This document shows positions 37,007 through 47,538 of a DNA stretch of 64,000 bases, one piece after another. The stretch's first letter is position 1; each line of letters begins with the position of its first letter. The notes under the pieces were generated by a model. That model made no database searches. It worked only from the letters and a program-made list of their open reading frames with translations, and had not been told where the DNA came from. The position numbers and the translations under genes are program-made. This stretch comes from an uncultured Candidatus Saccharibacteria bacterium (GTDB lineage: Bacteria > Patescibacteriota > Doudnabacteria > UBA920). The stretch is from assembly GCA_964453265.1 (NCBI GenBank), contig CAYVNU010000003.1, positions 3,957 to 67,956 of the forward strand, read 5' to 3'.

Positions 37007-38198
37007 ATTTTTATTTTTAATATTTGCTAGCATACTTTTATCACAGGCTGCATCAGCTAAAGCTTTAGAAGCCCCCGGCTTTGTTTTTACCTATGAGGGT
37101 CAAAAATACCCCGTAGAAGCAGAGACCCTGGCTTCTTTTAAAGGCCGCTCGGTTAAAGCCCGTAGCAATATATTTTTAAATAATTCTATAACCAAACAGG
37201 AATTATTAGCGTCCTATTTTGGACAGCCTGTAAATTCATTCCCCACTCTTTCTTTTTATAATTATAAACCGGAAAAAATTTACCAATTCATTTTAAGCTT
37301 GTCTGAAAAAATAAACAAAGAAAAAGTTGAGCCAAAGTTAATTTTAGAAAATAACAGGGCGGTAGATTTTACAGCACCCCAGAATGGCGAAGAACTAAAT
37401 GCCTCCATAAGTACTTTTAAAGCTTTAGAAGCCCTTGAAAACAATCAAACTTCCTCGGAATTAGTTGTTTTGGAATTAAAACCAACCCAAAACCTAGGAG
37501 AAACAAACAACCTAGGAATTACCGAACTTATTGCCAGCGGAAAATCTAACTTTAAAGGCAGTCCAAAAAACCGCAGGCACAATATAAGCGTTGGAGTAGA
37601 AAAAATGAAAGGTATTATTGTGGCGCCCAACGAAGAATTTAGTTTTAACAAATACTTAGGCCCGGTGGAAGCCGAGCAAGGTTTTTTACCGGAACTAGTT
37701 ATTAAAGCCAGCGGGACAGTACCTGAATTAGGCGGCGGTCTTTGCCAGGTTTCTTCCACTACTTTTAGGGCGGCCATGGAAGCTGGCTTGCCCATTACCC
37801 AAAGAAGAAACCACGCCTATGCTGTGCAGTACTACTCCCCCCAAGGCACAGACGCGACCATTTACCCTGGAGTAATAGATTTAAAATTTAAAAACAACAC
37901 TCCTGGCGCAATTCTAGTCTGGCCGCATTTTGAAACGGGTGATAATTTAATTTTTGACTTTTACGGCACAAAAGACAGCCGGTTAGTAACACTAGAAAAA
38001 CCAAGAGTCTACGACCGTAAACCAGATGGCAGCATGAAAGCTGAGTGGACTAGAATTATAGAAAAAGACGGTGTAACTTCTTCTTCGACTTTTAAATCTA
38101 TTTACCAATCCCCTGCCCTTTTCCACAAAGAAGAAAAGTTTGTCAGTGCTGTACCAACTCAAGTACCAGCCCCATCTCCAACGCCTTTATCTAACTAA
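36996..38198 (+). CDS. VanW-family protein with signal peptide
   Basis: start chosen at [21 protein letters not shown] signal peptide; VanW core [23 protein letters not shown]...[35 protein letters not shown]...[14 protein letters not shown]. Confidence 0.75.
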   Translation: MKNKFLFLIFASILLSQAASAKALEAPGFVFTYEGQKYPVEAETLASFKGRSVKARSNIFLNNSITKQELLASYFGQPVNSFPTLSFYNYKPEKIYQFILSLSEKINKEKVEPKLILENNRAVDFTAPQNGEELNASISTFKALEALENNQTSSELVVLELKPTQNLGETNNLGITELIASGKSNFKGSPKNRRHNISVGVEKMKGIIVAPNEEFSFNKYLGPVEAEQGFLPELVIKASGTVPELGGGLCQVSSTTFRAAMEAGLPITQRRNHAYAVQYYSPQGTDATIYPGVIDLKFKNNTPGAILVWPHFETGDNLIFDFYGTKDSRLVTLEKPRVYDRKPDGSMKAEWTRIIEKDGVTSSSTFKSIYQSPALFHKEEKFVSAVPTQVPAPSPTPLSN

Positions 38199-38254
38199 AG
38201 ATAGTACAAATAGTTTTTTTAGTAGCATATTTTGTCAATTTTATCATTGCATAT

Positions 38255-39295
38255 ATGATCACCTCTTCCAATAATGAAATAGAAATAAACGACATTCCGG
38301 AAATTTCGCAGCCGGAAGATGTTGTAATTGACATTAATCTTCGCCCGCAAAGTTTTGAAGAGTATATTGGCCAACAGGAAGTAAAAGATAATTTGGGAAT
38401 TTTACTTACAGCCGCAAAACAAAGAAATGAAAAAGTAGAACATTTACTTTTTTACGGCCCGCCGGGTTTGGGCAAAACCACGCTTGCCAACATTGTGGCT
38501 AAAGAAATGGGCAGCAATATAAAAACCACTTCCGGCCCGGCTATAGAACGCGCCGGAGACCTGGCTTCCATACTCACAAACTTAAGCGAAGGCGATGTGT
38601 TATTTATAGACGAAATTCATAGGCTAAATAAAGTTGTAGAAGAAGTTTTGTACCCTGCTATGGAGGATTATGTTTTAGACATAGTCCTAGGCAAAGGTCC
38701 GGGCGCGCGCAGCATACGAATGGACTTGCCCAAATTTACTTTAATTGGTGCCACCACAAGAATAGGTATGATATCAAGTCCGCTTAGGGACAGGTTTGGC
38801 GCGACTTTCCGCCTAGAGTACTATAACGAAGAAGATTTAATAAAAATTATTGACCGAAGTTCAAAAATCTTAAATGCAGAATTGGAAGCAGAAGCGCTTG
38901 CTGAACTTGCAAAGCGCTGCCGCTTTACTCCGCGTATTGCCAACCGCCTTTTAAAAAGAGTTAGGGATTTTGCCCAAGTAAACGGCCATGTTAAAATAAA
39001 CAAAGCAGTTGCTATGCAGGCCTTAGAACTTTTAAGAGTAGACTCTTTGGGTTTAGATAAAAACGATATTCGAATACTGGAAGCACTTATAACTAAATTT
39101 AAAGGCCAGCCAGTAGGGCTTTCCACTCTTTCTGCCTCAACCGGGGAAGAGGAAGATACTGTTACCGACTTACACGAACCGTTTTTATTAAGACTTGGGC
39201 TCATAACCAAAACCCCGCGCGGCAGAATGGCAACCGAGGCGGCATATAAACATCTCGGCCTCGATATTCCGGCCGGACAGCAAAAAATTCTTTAA
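38255..39295 (+). CDS. ruvB: Holliday junction DNA helicase RuvB
   Basis: 346 aa; [11 protein letters not shown] Walker [10 protein letters not shown] Walker B, RuvB C-terminal winged helix. Confidence 0.95.
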   Translation: MITSSNNEIEINDIPEISQPEDVVIDINLRPQSFEEYIGQQEVKDNLGILLTAAKQRNEKVEHLLFYGPPGLGKTTLANIVAKEMGSNIKTTSGPAIERAGDLASILTNLSEGDVLFIDEIHRLNKVVEEVLYPAMEDYVLDIVLGKGPGARSIRMDLPKFTLIGATTRIGMISSPLRDRFGATFRLEYYNEEDLIKIIDRSSKILNAELEAEALAELAKRCRFTPRIANRLLKRVRDFAQVNGHVKINKAVAMQALELLRVDSLGLDKNDIRILEALITKFKGQPVGLSTLSASTGEEEDTVTDLHEPFLLRLGLITKTPRGRMATEAAYKHLGLDIPAGQQKIL

Positions 39296-39307
39296 CAAAA
39301 ATTTTAT

Positions 39308-39520
39308 ATGGACTTTTCCAATTTCAACAACCTTTTAACCGCCGGCGTATATTATGTCTTAGTCGCGATTCTAATTTTCTTTTCAGTTTTTAGTGTTTAC
39401 ATTTTAATTCGCTACGGCAAATCAATTATTCTGTCTGTTATAGGAAGCGTATTGTTCGCGCTTTTGTTTTTAGCTATTTTAAACAACTCTTACAATATTT
39501 TACAATCCATAATTTCTTAA
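39308..39520 (+). CDS. small hydrophobic membrane protein (hypothetical)
   Basis: 70 aa, two predicted TM helices. Confidence 0.35.
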   Translation: MDFSNFNNLLTAGVYYVLVAILIFFSVFSVYILIRYGKSIILSVIGSVLFALLFLAILNNSYNILQSIIS

Positions 39521-39523
39521 ACT

Positions 39524-40069
39524 ATGCGCAGGCTTTTTCCCAGCCAATTAGATAACGAGGTTGTTTATTTAGTTGTTCGTCAACACCCGTTTATTTTATT
39601 CATCCGCCTAGTTATTTGGGCTTTTTTTGCTTCTGCCTTGGTAGCTTTTCAACACTTTGGCCCACAGAAAATTCCGGGACTATTTGAAGGTACTTTAGGT
39701 AAATATATTTCTTTGGCTGAACAAGTTTATTTATTAATTCTTCTACTTGGATTGTTTTTAATTTTAATTATATATTATTTAACCATTCAAATAATTACCG
39801 ACATTCGAGTGGTGGATGTTGACCAGTCCGGACTTTTTTCCCACACTGTTTCCGAACTTCATATAGACAAAATAGAAGACGTAACCAGTAAAACCACCGG
39901 CATATTCGGCACAATTTTTAATTACGGTGATGTCTTTGTCCAAACCGCTGGCACCATTGAACGCTTTGAGTTTGACGACGTGCCCAACCCAGCTGCTATA
40001 GAAAAATTAATTTTAGATCTCTACGAACAAAATTCCAACTTTGCCAAAGAAGGCAAAGAAGGACAATAA
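39524..40069 (+). CDS. membrane protein with bacterial PH-like (DUF304-like) domain (hypothetical)
   Basis: 181 aa, two N-terminal TM helices then soluble beta-rich domain. Confidence 0.4.
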   Translation: MRRLFPSQLDNEVVYLVVRQHPFILFIRLVIWAFFASALVAFQHFGPQKIPGLFEGTLGKYISLAEQVYLLILLLGLFLILIIYYLTIQIITDIRVVDVDQSGLFSHTVSELHIDKIEDVTSKTTGIFGTIFNYGDVFVQTAGTIERFEFDDVPNPAAIEKLILDLYEQNSNFAKEGKEGQ

Positions 40070-40188
40070 ATTAACCTAATTGTCCTAATTATTCTAAAGC
40101 GGTTGTCCATTTAACCCTGCTTGGATAATTAGTTATTGTTATTTGTTTAGAGCGCTTAGTATAATTAGAAATTAGAATAATTTGCTTT

Positions 40189-41253
40189 ATGTACGCATTA
40201 ATCATGGCCGGTGGCCAAGGTACCCGCCTGTGGCCAGTTTCCCGAACCAAAAGACCAAAACAGCTTTTAAAATTTGTTGGCAATAAAACTTTACTGCAAA
40301 TGACTTTTGCGCGATTGCGTAAGGGTTTTTCAGTCAAAGACATATTTGTGGCAACCACTAAGGCCTACGCGCCGTTAATAAAAAAACAAGTACCCCAAAT
40401 TATTTCCAACCAATATTCCATTGAGCCGAGTCTTAAAGACCGAGGACCGGCTATTGCTTTAGCTACTTTAATCATGCACCACCAAAACCCCAAATCGTGT
40501 TTTGTGACCTCCTGGTCAGACCACTTTATAAAAGATGAGGCTAATTATTTACAAACCTTAAAAGTCGCGGAAAACTATTTAAATCTGCACCCCAGTACCT
40601 TCATTACCATTGGCATTAAACCCACCTACCCACATACCGGCTTTGGCTATATAGAGTGCGGAGAAAAAAAATCAGCTGACGTATATAAAGTTAAAACTTT
40701 TACCGAAAAACCGGACATAAAAATCGCAGAAAAATTTATAAAGTCCGGCAAATATTTATGGAACACGGGTTACTTTGTCTGTCACACGGACACCCTGTTA
40801 ACTTTATACCAAAAACACCAACCGGAAATTTTTAACATCTTACTAAAAATTAAACCTTTCTTAGGCACAAAAAAACAACAGTGGGCTATAGACAAATTTT
40901 ATCCGGCAATGCCTAAAGTAGATATAGAAAAAGGTTTAATTGAAAAATTAAAAGACGTTACGGTTATACCCGCTACCTTTGACTGGGCAGACATCGGTAG
41001 CTGGTCAGTAATTAAAGACGTTTTGTCAAAAGAAGGCGAAAATTTCCACCATGGCCTAGTTGAATCCATTAGCTCTTCTAACACCTTAATTCACAACCAC
41101 GAAGACAAACTGGTGGCAGCCATTGGTCTTAAAGACTTAATAATTATAAACACCAAAGACGCCTTGCTTATAGCCAATAAACACCACAGCGAACTCATAA
41201 AAGACCTGGTCAACAAACTAAAAACCGACACCAAACTAAAAAAATACCTTTAA
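40189..41253 (+). CDS. manC: mannose-1-phosphate guanylyltransferase (sugar nucleotidyltransferase)
   Basis: MYALIMAGGQGTRLWPVSRTKRPKQLL N-terminal nucleotidyltransferase signature and GDP-mannose pyrophosphorylase-like body. Confidence 0.85.
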   Translation: MYALIMAGGQGTRLWPVSRTKRPKQLLKFVGNKTLLQMTFARLRKGFSVKDIFVATTKAYAPLIKKQVPQIISNQYSIEPSLKDRGPAIALATLIMHHQNPKSCFVTSWSDHFIKDEANYLQTLKVAENYLNLHPSTFITIGIKPTYPHTGFGYIECGEKKSADVYKVKTFTEKPDIKIAEKFIKSGKYLWNTGYFVCHTDTLLTLYQKHQPEIFNILLKIKPFLGTKKQQWAIDKFYPAMPKVDIEKGLIEKLKDVTVIPATFDWADIGSWSVIKDVLSKEGENFHHGLVESISSSNTLIHNHEDKLVAAIGLKDLIIINTKDALLIANKHHSELIKDLVNKLKTDTKLKKYL

Positions 41254-41274
41254 ATAAAAGGTATTTTTTTAATA

Positions 41275-41303
41275 TTGACAAAGCATATGCTTTGTCATAT
41301 CAT
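41275..41303 (+). promoter_or_regulatory. promoter TTGACA-N17-TATCAT whose spacer is a perfect 22-bp palindrome (candidate BrnA operator); leaderless-type spacing to ATG
   Basis: ttgaca 41275-41280; tgacaaagcat/atgctttgtca palindrome 41276-41297; tatcat 41298-41303; ATG at 41310. Confidence 0.55.
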
Positions 41304-41309
41304 ATAAAT

Positions 41310-41588
41310 ATGAAGCCTTTTGAATGGAATTCGGACAAAAACCTATGGATAAAAACGCTTAGAGGGTTGAATTTTGAAGATGTGGTAAAAGCAATAAACC
41401 AAGACAGACTGCTTGATACAATCCCCCACTCTAACCAAAAAAAGTATCCCGGACAAAAAATGTATATTATTCAAATAAATAATTATTGTTGCGTGGTTCC
41501 GTTTATTGAAACTAAAGAAAAAATATTTTTAAAAACCATTTATCCCAGCCGACTAGCTACTAAAAAATATCTTAAGAAAGGAAAATAA
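41310..41588 (+). CDS. brnT: BrnT-family ribonuclease toxin (DUF497)
   Basis: MKPFEWNSDKNLWIKTLRGLNFEDVVKAI...HSN...IIQINNYCCVVPFIETKEKIFLKTIYPSRLATKKY matches BrnT fold signature; ORF-track start at 41292 is a TTG, ATG at 41310 preferred. Confidence 0.7.
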   Translation: MKPFEWNSDKNLWIKTLRGLNFEDVVKAINQDRLLDTIPHSNQKKYPGQKMYIIQINNYCCVVPFIETKEKIFLKTIYPSRLATKKYLKKGK

Positions 41589-41591
41589 TAT

Positions 41592-41918
41592 ATGAGTAAA
41601 ACAACGGGCTTTGATTACGAACTAGATGACTATGAAAAAGAAATAGAAGCGGGTTTAAAAAAAGAAGGTTTTAAAAGCATTCCAAATGCCAAACAGGAAA
41701 TGGCGCGGTATAAAAGCTATGCCAAAGCCATGTTAGAAAAAACCAAAAATATAAACATTAGAATTTCCCAACGCGACTTAGACGGTGTAAGGTACCTTGC
41801 AGAAAAACAGGGCATTCCCTACCAAACCCTTATAAGCTCGCTCATCCACCAATACTCAAACGGCCGTATAGACTACAATGTTCTGCGGGAACCGGGCAAA
41901 ACTTATAAAATCAAATAA
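41592..41918 (+). CDS. brnA: BrnA-family antitoxin
   Basis: 108 aa; C-terminal IRISQRDLDGVRYLAEKQGIPYQTLISSLIHQYSNGRI typical of BrnA; 4-nt gap after brnT. Confidence 0.7.
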   Translation: MSKTTGFDYELDDYEKEIEAGLKKEGFKSIPNAKQEMARYKSYAKAMLEKTKNINIRISQRDLDGVRYLAEKQGIPYQTLISSLIHQYSNGRIDYNVLREPGKTYKIK

Positions 41919-41953
41919 AAACAGAAAAATAACCCTCGGAATTATACCGGGGG

Positions 41954-42652
41954 TTATTTTGAAAGTTTAAATATAACAAAGTCATTTATTTTTTCGTTGC
42001 GAATTTTGTATTCCGGAGTAAGTAATATATCTAGAAGAACTAAACCGCAAGAATAAAAAAGTTTTCCGTACCAATCTACAGGCCTGTGGTTTTCTATTAT
42101 TTCGTATACACCTTCCTTTTTTACCTTTCTATAACTATGGTTTTCACAATACGAACGTCCGGAAAAAAATCTAAAGTCTAACTGCGATTCAGGAGTATTG
42201 TGGATTTTAGGATTACAAAATCCAATATAAGCTTTGCCTTCTGGTTTTAATAGGCGCTTAATTTGCTTAACAATATTTTGTGCTTCTTCTTCCGAAACAA
42301 TACACAAAACCAAGTTACAAATAATAACGTCAAAGCTATTATCTGCAAAAGCATTTAAATTACTATAAACGTTTTCCTTACCAATTTTTAAACCTGCTTT
42401 TTCAACCATTTCCGGGTTTATGTCAAAGCCCAAAACTTCCGCGCCTAAATTTTTAAGTGCTACCAAAAGTACACCCGGTCCACAGCCATAGTCTAAAACT
42501 TTTTTGCCGGCTATGTTGCCCAGCTCACTTAAAAGCGTGTGGTCGTAAGAGGCCAATTTTAAATTTTCAGCCTCAAGCTGGTTAACTACTAAATGCCACT
42601 GATCTTCTTGCGCAATAGACGTCTGTTTAATTGTAGAAGTAGCTTGATTCAT
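41954..42652 (-). CDS. class I SAM-dependent methyltransferase
   Basis: VLDYGCGPGVLLVAL motif I, acidic motif II FDINP, DVIICNLVL motif III. Confidence 0.8.
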   Translation of the reverse strand: MNQATSTIKQTSIAQEDQWHLVVNQLEAENLKLASYDHTLLSELGNIAGKKVLDYGCGPGVLLVALKNLGAEVLGFDINPEMVEKAGLKIGKENVYSNLNAFADNSFDVIICNLVLCIVSEEEAQNIVKQIKRLLKPEGKAYIGFCNPKIHNTPESQLDFRFFSGRSYCENHSYRKVKKEGVYEIIENHRPVDWYGKLFYSCGLVLLDILLTPEYKIRNEKINDFVIFKLSK

Positions 42653-42656
42653 AAAA

Positions 42657-43958
42657 TTATTTAGAAAGCCACATACTTAAACCTAATAGCAAAGTTGATA
42701 CGACTAAGTACATATTTATCTCCCTAAATTTGCCGACTGCTGACTTTAAAATTACAAAACTAGCAAAGCCTGCAAACATAGCCTTATCTAGCCCAAAAGT
42801 CCAAATTGTCACAGCTATTGTTATTAACACGCTCGCCCATTCTGCCAAGTCATACTGTTTATTTGATTCTTTCCAAGGAAGTAGCGTTAAACCTACAAAG
42901 AACAGTGCTCCCGTAGCAGCCAAAGCCGGCACAAAATTAAGTAGCGGAGTTAAAAATAAAAACAAACTCATTAATATAGCACAAACTACAGCCACCAGGC
43001 CGGTTCTGCCACCCTCACCTATCCCAACCGCACTTTCTACGTAAGTTATTAAATTAGATGTGCCTAAAGACGCGCCCAAAACCGTACCCGCACCATCTAC
43101 AATTAAAGCTTCTTTTAATTTAGGTAAGTTGCCTTCTGCGTCGACTATTGGTGTGTTTTGAGTTAATCCAATAAATTTCGCAATACTGCCGTAAAAATCT
43201 AAAATAAACAGTATAAGCACAACTGACCAAATTTTTGGACTAAAAATAATTCCCAAATTTAATGCAAATGTACCGGAAAACATTTCGCTAGAAAATTTAA
43301 TTGGCTCAATGGCATTACTTAAGCCAAATATGTGCGCAAGTACAGATGTGCCAATAATGCTAAGCAAAATTGAACCTCTAACTTTAAAATGTTTTAATGC
43401 TCCGGCAAAAACTAACCCCACATAAAATACATAAGATTCCGGTGAAGCAAGTAGCCCCAAACCTTTTAACTTAATTCCGTCATAAAGTAATACACCAGAA
43501 ACTTTTAATGCGATAAGCATTAAGAAAACCCCGACCGCAGCGGAAAGCCCAAATTTTAATTTGTTAGGAATGGCATTTACCACACCAACTCTTAAGGAAG
43601 TAAAACTTAAAAGCACTGTAAACACCCCAGACCAAAACACCGCACCAATTGCCCCTTGCCAGGTAAAGCCTAAAACTCCAACAACCACATAAGCTACATA
43701 TGCGTTCATTTCTAAACCAGGTGCAACCGCAAAAGGTTTGTTTGCCCAAAGCCCCATAGCTAGCGTTGCAATTACCGAACCAACTACTGTGGCAAAAAAT
43801 ACAGCTGACTTATTCATACCCGCAGCAGAAAGAATAGCCGGGTTAACCACAAAAATATATGACAGAGCTAAAAAGGTAGAAACCCCGGCAAAAATTTCCG
43901 TGCGAATATTTGAGCCTAATTTAGTTATTCCAAAAAAGTTACTGATTTTCTTTAACAT
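42657..43958 (-). CDS. NCS2/AzgA-family purine (guanine/hypoxanthine) permease
   Basis: 433 aa, 12-14 TM; N-terminal TEIFAGVSTFLALSYIFVVNPAIL signature of AzgA-like transporters. Confidence 0.75.
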   Translation of the reverse strand: MLKKISNFFGITKLGSNIRTEIFAGVSTFLALSYIFVVNPAILSAAGMNKSAVFFATVVGSVIATLAMGLWANKPFAVAPGLEMNAYVAYVVVGVLGFTWQGAIGAVFWSGVFTVLLSFTSLRVGVVNAIPNKLKFGLSAAVGVFLMLIALKVSGVLLYDGIKLKGLGLLASPESYVFYVGLVFAGALKHFKVRGSILLSIIGTSVLAHIFGLSNAIEPIKFSSEMFSGTFALNLGIIFSPKIWSVVLILFILDFYGSIAKFIGLTQNTPIVDAEGNLPKLKEALIVDGAGTVLGASLGTSNLITYVESAVGIGEGGRTGLVAVVCAILMSLFLFLTPLLNFVPALAATGALFFVGLTLLPWKESNKQYDLAEWASVLITIAVTIWTFGLDKAMFAGFASFVILKSAVGKFREINMYLVVSTLLLGLSMWLSK

Positions 43959-44088
43959 ATAGTTACTATGTAGCGTGCCGATTTATCGGCTTATTATTAA
44001 ACCTCATTTCAGAAGGCAACTAATTGTCTTCTGAAAAAAGTTCCCGAGTAGCAATGCTGTTTGTAGCCGCTCGGGATCGACAAAAGAC

Positions 44089-44370
44089 TTATCTAGACCA
44101 AAAATGCACAACCTCAAACTTATGCCCACGAGTGTCATAGTATGTTCTGGTAGAGCCCTGAACAACGATAAACGTTTCGCCGTTGTCCTTGATTTCTACA
44201 GAACCTTTCAGAAGACGCGCACTCAAATCGCGGAATACAGCCTCCTGATTGCTCGACTCTGTTTGTATGGCCGCTAACTCTTGTTTTAGGGACGATATTT
44301 TTAACCCCGCAACCCCAACAAGAGCAACAAGCAAAAGCACAAAACAAACAAACCTCTTATCAACTGACAT
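44089..44370 (-). CDS. small membrane-anchored hypothetical protein
   Basis: start chosen at MSVDKRFVCFVLLLVALVGVAG (TM helix) rather than upstream ORF-track start at 44430; terminator hairpin cccgag...ctcggg plus T-run downstream on minus strand. Confidence 0.4.
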   Translation of the reverse strand: MSVDKRFVCFVLLLVALVGVAGLKISSLKQELAAIQTESSNQEAVFRDLSARLLKGSVEIKDNGETFIVVQGSTRTYYDTRGHKFEVVHFWSR

Positions 44371-44526
44371 CGAACACTTCCTCCTTTCAGAATAACAAAA
44401 CATAATATTATAAATAAGACATAATGTCAATAATATTTCGTCAGTTAATTTAACTTTTCTTATATTTTTCCTTATTTAAAAGAATATATTTTGTCGATAT
44501 TTATATAACAACTGCAAATTGTGTTG

Positions 44527-44555
44527 TTGACTAATTTTCGTCAATGTGCTATCAT
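44527..44555 (+). promoter_or_regulatory. promoter TTGACT-N17-TATCAT, ATG 7 nt downstream (leaderless-type)
   Basis: ttgact 44527-44532, 17-nt spacer, tatcat 44550-44555, ATG 44562. Confidence 0.45.
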
Positions 44556-44561
44556 ATAACT

Positions 44562-45332
44562 ATGATAAACGGCTTACTTAAAACTTTGGGCTTTAATGAC
44601 AAGGAAACAGAAGTTTACCTGGCTGTTTTAAAGCATGGCAAAATAACCCCCGGCTCTTTGGCTTCGGCGGTTAATTTAAAGCGCACTACGGTTTACAGCA
44701 TTGCTAAGGAATTAGTAAAAAAAGGCGTAATTGCGGAAGATTTAGGCTCTGCTAACCTATACTTACTAGCAAAGCCTCCTCAAGACTTAGAGAGCTTAAT
44801 AAAAAAACAGGAAAAAGAACTGGAAGAAAAAAGGTTAGTAGTGAGTAAAGCGGTGGAAGAATTAAAAAACATTAACAAAGCTTCTGCTTATCCTATACCA
44901 AAAATTGTTTTTGTTCAGGAAAGTGAAATTGAAAATCATTTATATAAACAAACTCCCAAGTGGGACGAGAGCATATTAAAGCACGGTGGAGCCTCGTATG
45001 GTTTCCAAGACCACACCTTTGTTCAATATTACGAAGACTGGATAGATTGGTATTGGGAAACCGGCAGCGACCCTCGAACGGAATGGAGACTTTTAAGTAA
45101 CAAAATAGCGGAAAAAATAAAAAAGAAAAAATATTCCCGCAGGCAAATACGTTTTTGGCAAGAAAGCCAAAACTTCCAAGCTACCACCTGGATAATGGGC
45201 GACTACGTAGCAATGATAGTTACCAACCAACGCCCACACTACTTAGTTGAAATTCACGACGCAACCTTAGCGCACGACCAAAGAGAAGTCTTTAAAGGCA
45301 TTTGGAAAACACAAATAGAAAACAAAAGCTAA
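44562..45332 (+). CDS. TrmB-family transcriptional regulator (second copy)
   Basis: MINGLLKTLGFNDKETEVYLAVLKHGKITPGSLASAVNLKRTTVYSIAKELVKKGVI winged-helix N-terminus; paralog of 17494-18249. Confidence 0.7.
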   Translation: MINGLLKTLGFNDKETEVYLAVLKHGKITPGSLASAVNLKRTTVYSIAKELVKKGVIAEDLGSANLYLLAKPPQDLESLIKKQEKELEEKRLVVSKAVEELKNINKASAYPIPKIVFVQESEIENHLYKQTPKWDESILKHGGASYGFQDHTFVQYYEDWIDWYWETGSDPRTEWRLLSNKIAEKIKKKKYSRRQIRFWQESQNFQATTWIMGDYVAMIVTNQRPHYLVEIHDATLAHDQREVFKGIWKTQIENKS

Positions 45333-45411
45333 ATAGCGCTAACTTATTTGTCTAATGTGTCCTATTAGTCTTATTTTTTACAAACTAAAAACCGCCCAAG
45401 CCAGGCGGTTT

Positions 45412-46128
45412 TTAGTTTAAAATATTTTGAATTATAGACAAACTCGCCAAACTTGCCGTTTCGGCTCTAAGCAGAATGGGGCCTAAGGTTATAAGTTGGC
45501 AGCTATGAATGGATTTTAAATTATCAACTTCTGCCGTTGTCAAACCACCTTCCGGACCGATTATAATTGCCGCTGATGTTATTTTATCGAAAACCGATAA
45601 TTTCATACCACCAATATCGCACAAAAATACTTTTTCAAAGTCTTTTGCCATCTTTTTCACATCTTCCAAACTTTTTAAATATTCTAATCCAGGCGGATGA
45701 ATTCGGTCAGACTGCTTAGCCGCTTCCCAAAGTATTTTGTTCCAACGTACTGATTTACTAGCAAATTGATCAGCTGACAACTTAGTAGCTGTGTTTTGAG
45801 AATTAAATAAAACTATTTTGTACGCGCCCAGTTCCGTGGATTTTTGAAAAATAAAATCTAAAGCTTTTTCGTTTACATAACTTTGAAATAAAGTAATTTT
45901 TACTTCGGGCTCCGCGGGGGTTTTAACTTTTTCAACAACTTCCAGTTTTAATTCGTTTCTGCCAATTTCTTTTATTTCAACTTTATACCTTTCTTCGTTT
46001 TTTCCTTGCAAATTAAACCTCTCGCCTTTTTTCATTCTGCGCGCAAGCAAAACATGCCTAGCCTCTTCGCCGGACAATTCCAGGATTTGATTTACCGATA
46101 ATTTTTTGTCTGTTAAAAAATAACTCAT
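45412..46128 (-). CDS. rsmE: 16S rRNA (uracil1498-N3)-methyltransferase RsmE family
   Basis: C-terminal IIIGPEGGLTTAEV...LITLGPILLRAETASLASLSIIQ signature of RsmE SPOUT methyltransferases. Confidence 0.8.
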   Translation of the reverse strand: MSYFLTDKKLSVNQILELSGEEARHVLLARRMKKGERFNLQGKNEERYKVEIKEIGRNELKLEVVEKVKTPAEPEVKITLFQSYVNEKALDFIFQKSTELGAYKIVLFNSQNTATKLSADQFASKSVRWNKILWEAAKQSDRIHPPGLEYLKSLEDVKKMAKDFEKVFLCDIGGMKLSVFDKITSAAIIIGPEGGLTTAEVDNLKSIHSCQLITLGPILLRAETASLASLSIIQNILN

Positions 46129-46133
46129 AAAAA

Positions 46134-46439
46134 CTAACTCTCAACATTTATTGCAAACACCAAATCCTTCCCCAAAACTTGGTTTAACGCGTATATTATT
46201 CTACTGGCCAAAACTTTAATCCTGTAAGCAATGTCTTTGCTTAAACAAGCAACAAACAATACTCCTTTTTTAAAATCCATCGCCCTGGTCTCTTCTGCGC
46301 CGTTTTCAAAAAAACCAACAATTATATTTTGCCAGTGCTTTAAAATCTGATACCTTGCCAGTGCTAAATCAAGTTTATAAGCCTTACTGGTTTTAGTTAA
46401 AACCTTATCTATTTTTGTAAAATTTTTATAGTTAGACAT
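46134..46439 (-). CDS. DUF721 (DciA-like) protein downstream of recF
   Basis: 101 aa; LALARYQILKHWQNIIVG...VLFVACLSKDIAYRIKVLASRIIYALNQVLG pattern and conserved position after recF. Confidence 0.65.
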   Translation of the reverse strand: MSNYKNFTKIDKVLTKTSKAYKLDLALARYQILKHWQNIIVGFFENGAEETRAMDFKKGVLFVACLSKDIAYRIKVLASRIIYALNQVLGKDLVFAINVES

Positions 46440-46458
46440 TTTGTTTTAAGTTTATTTT

Positions 46459-47538
46459 TTACACCTCTTCGACTGCCGGACTTAATGTAACATGCTGAGC
46501 CGGCATTTCCAGCGGATGAGTCGTGGTAATAAAGGTTTGAAATTTTCCTTGTAAATATTTAAGCAAAAAAGTCCTGCGTGTGTCGTCCAGCTCTGAAAGC
46601 ACGTCATCTAAAAGTAAAATGGGCTTATCGTTTCCCCGACTAAGGAATTCAAGTTCTAAAATTTTTAAAGACAAAATTTGGCTTCTCAGCTCTCCTCTTG
46701 AAGAAAATGGAGGCAAAAGCAAACCTTCGCTTTTTAAAGTAAAATCGTCTTTGTGCGGACCAACCAAACAAGAAGCCGAAAGAAGTTCTTTTGAGCGATA
46801 ATTTTTAAGTTTTAAACTTATTTCATTTTTTATTTCTTCCACTGTTTCCCCGGGCAACGTTTCGTAAACCACTTCAACCGGCCTATGAAAACCAGAAATT
46901 GAACTATAAATTTCGGCAATGCTTGTGTTTAAAAAGTTAACAAATTGTTTTCTTTCAAAAATAATTTGAGAGCCAATTTCTGCAAGCTGTTCGTCCCAAA
47001 CATCCAAACCAGAAACCTGTGCACGACCGGCTTTTATATCTTGCAAGAGCCTGCTTTTTTGAAACAAAATTCTTTTGTATTCACCAATAACTTCTAAATA
47101 AGCGTGGCTCTTTTGTGACAACACCATGTTAAAATATTTTCTTCTTGCGTCCGGGGTTTTGCTAAACAAATCCACATCTGTTGGATCAAAAATAACTACA
47201 CTTATAAAATTCTGAGCTTCTTTTCTTTTTTTCTTAACACCATCCAATAAAAAATTTGCGTAAATCTTTTCTCTTCTTTCTAAGAAGATTTGCAGAGTAT
47301 GCAATTGCCCTTCTTTTTCGGTTTGAATTTTTATATCAATTTGATTTGAATCTTTTAAAAAAATAAACTCGTTGTCGTCCCTAAAAGACTTAAACAAAGA
47401 AGCAAAATAAACCGACTCCAGTAAATTTGTCTTACCCACAGCATTTGGTCCAGATATAACTACAACATCACTTGTTACATCTAAATTTAGACTTGGATAA
47501 TTTCTAAAGTTTTTTATTTGAATATTGGTAATTTTCAT
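46459..47538 (-). CDS. recF: DNA replication and repair protein RecF
   Basis: 359 aa; GPNAVGKTNLLESVYF Walker A, SMC-like signature and LLLDDVLSELD Walker B. Confidence 0.93.
   Translation of the reverse strand: MKITNIQIKNFRNYPSLNLDVTSDVVVISGPNAVGKTNLLESVYFASLFKSFRDDNEFIFLKDSNQIDIKIQTEKEGQLHTLQIFLERREKIYANFLLDGVKKKRKEAQNFISVVIFDPTDVDLFSKTPDARRKYFNMVLSQKSHAYLEVIGEYKRILFQKSRLLQDIKAGRAQVSGLDVWDEQLAEIGSQIIFERKQFVNFLNTSIAEIYSSISGFHRPVEVVYETLPGETVEEIKNEISLKLKNYRSKELLSASCLVGPHKDDFTLKSEGLLLPPFSSRGELRSQILSLKILELEFLSRGNDKPILLLDDVLSELDDTRRTFLLKYLQGKFQTFITTTHPLEMPAQHVTLSPAVEEV

Noticed and set aside
43959-44090. Purine riboswitch upstream of the AzgA-like purine permease
   Set aside because: Sequence contains two simple hairpins and the terminator of the upstream gene, but none of the conserved purine-aptamer junction nucleotides
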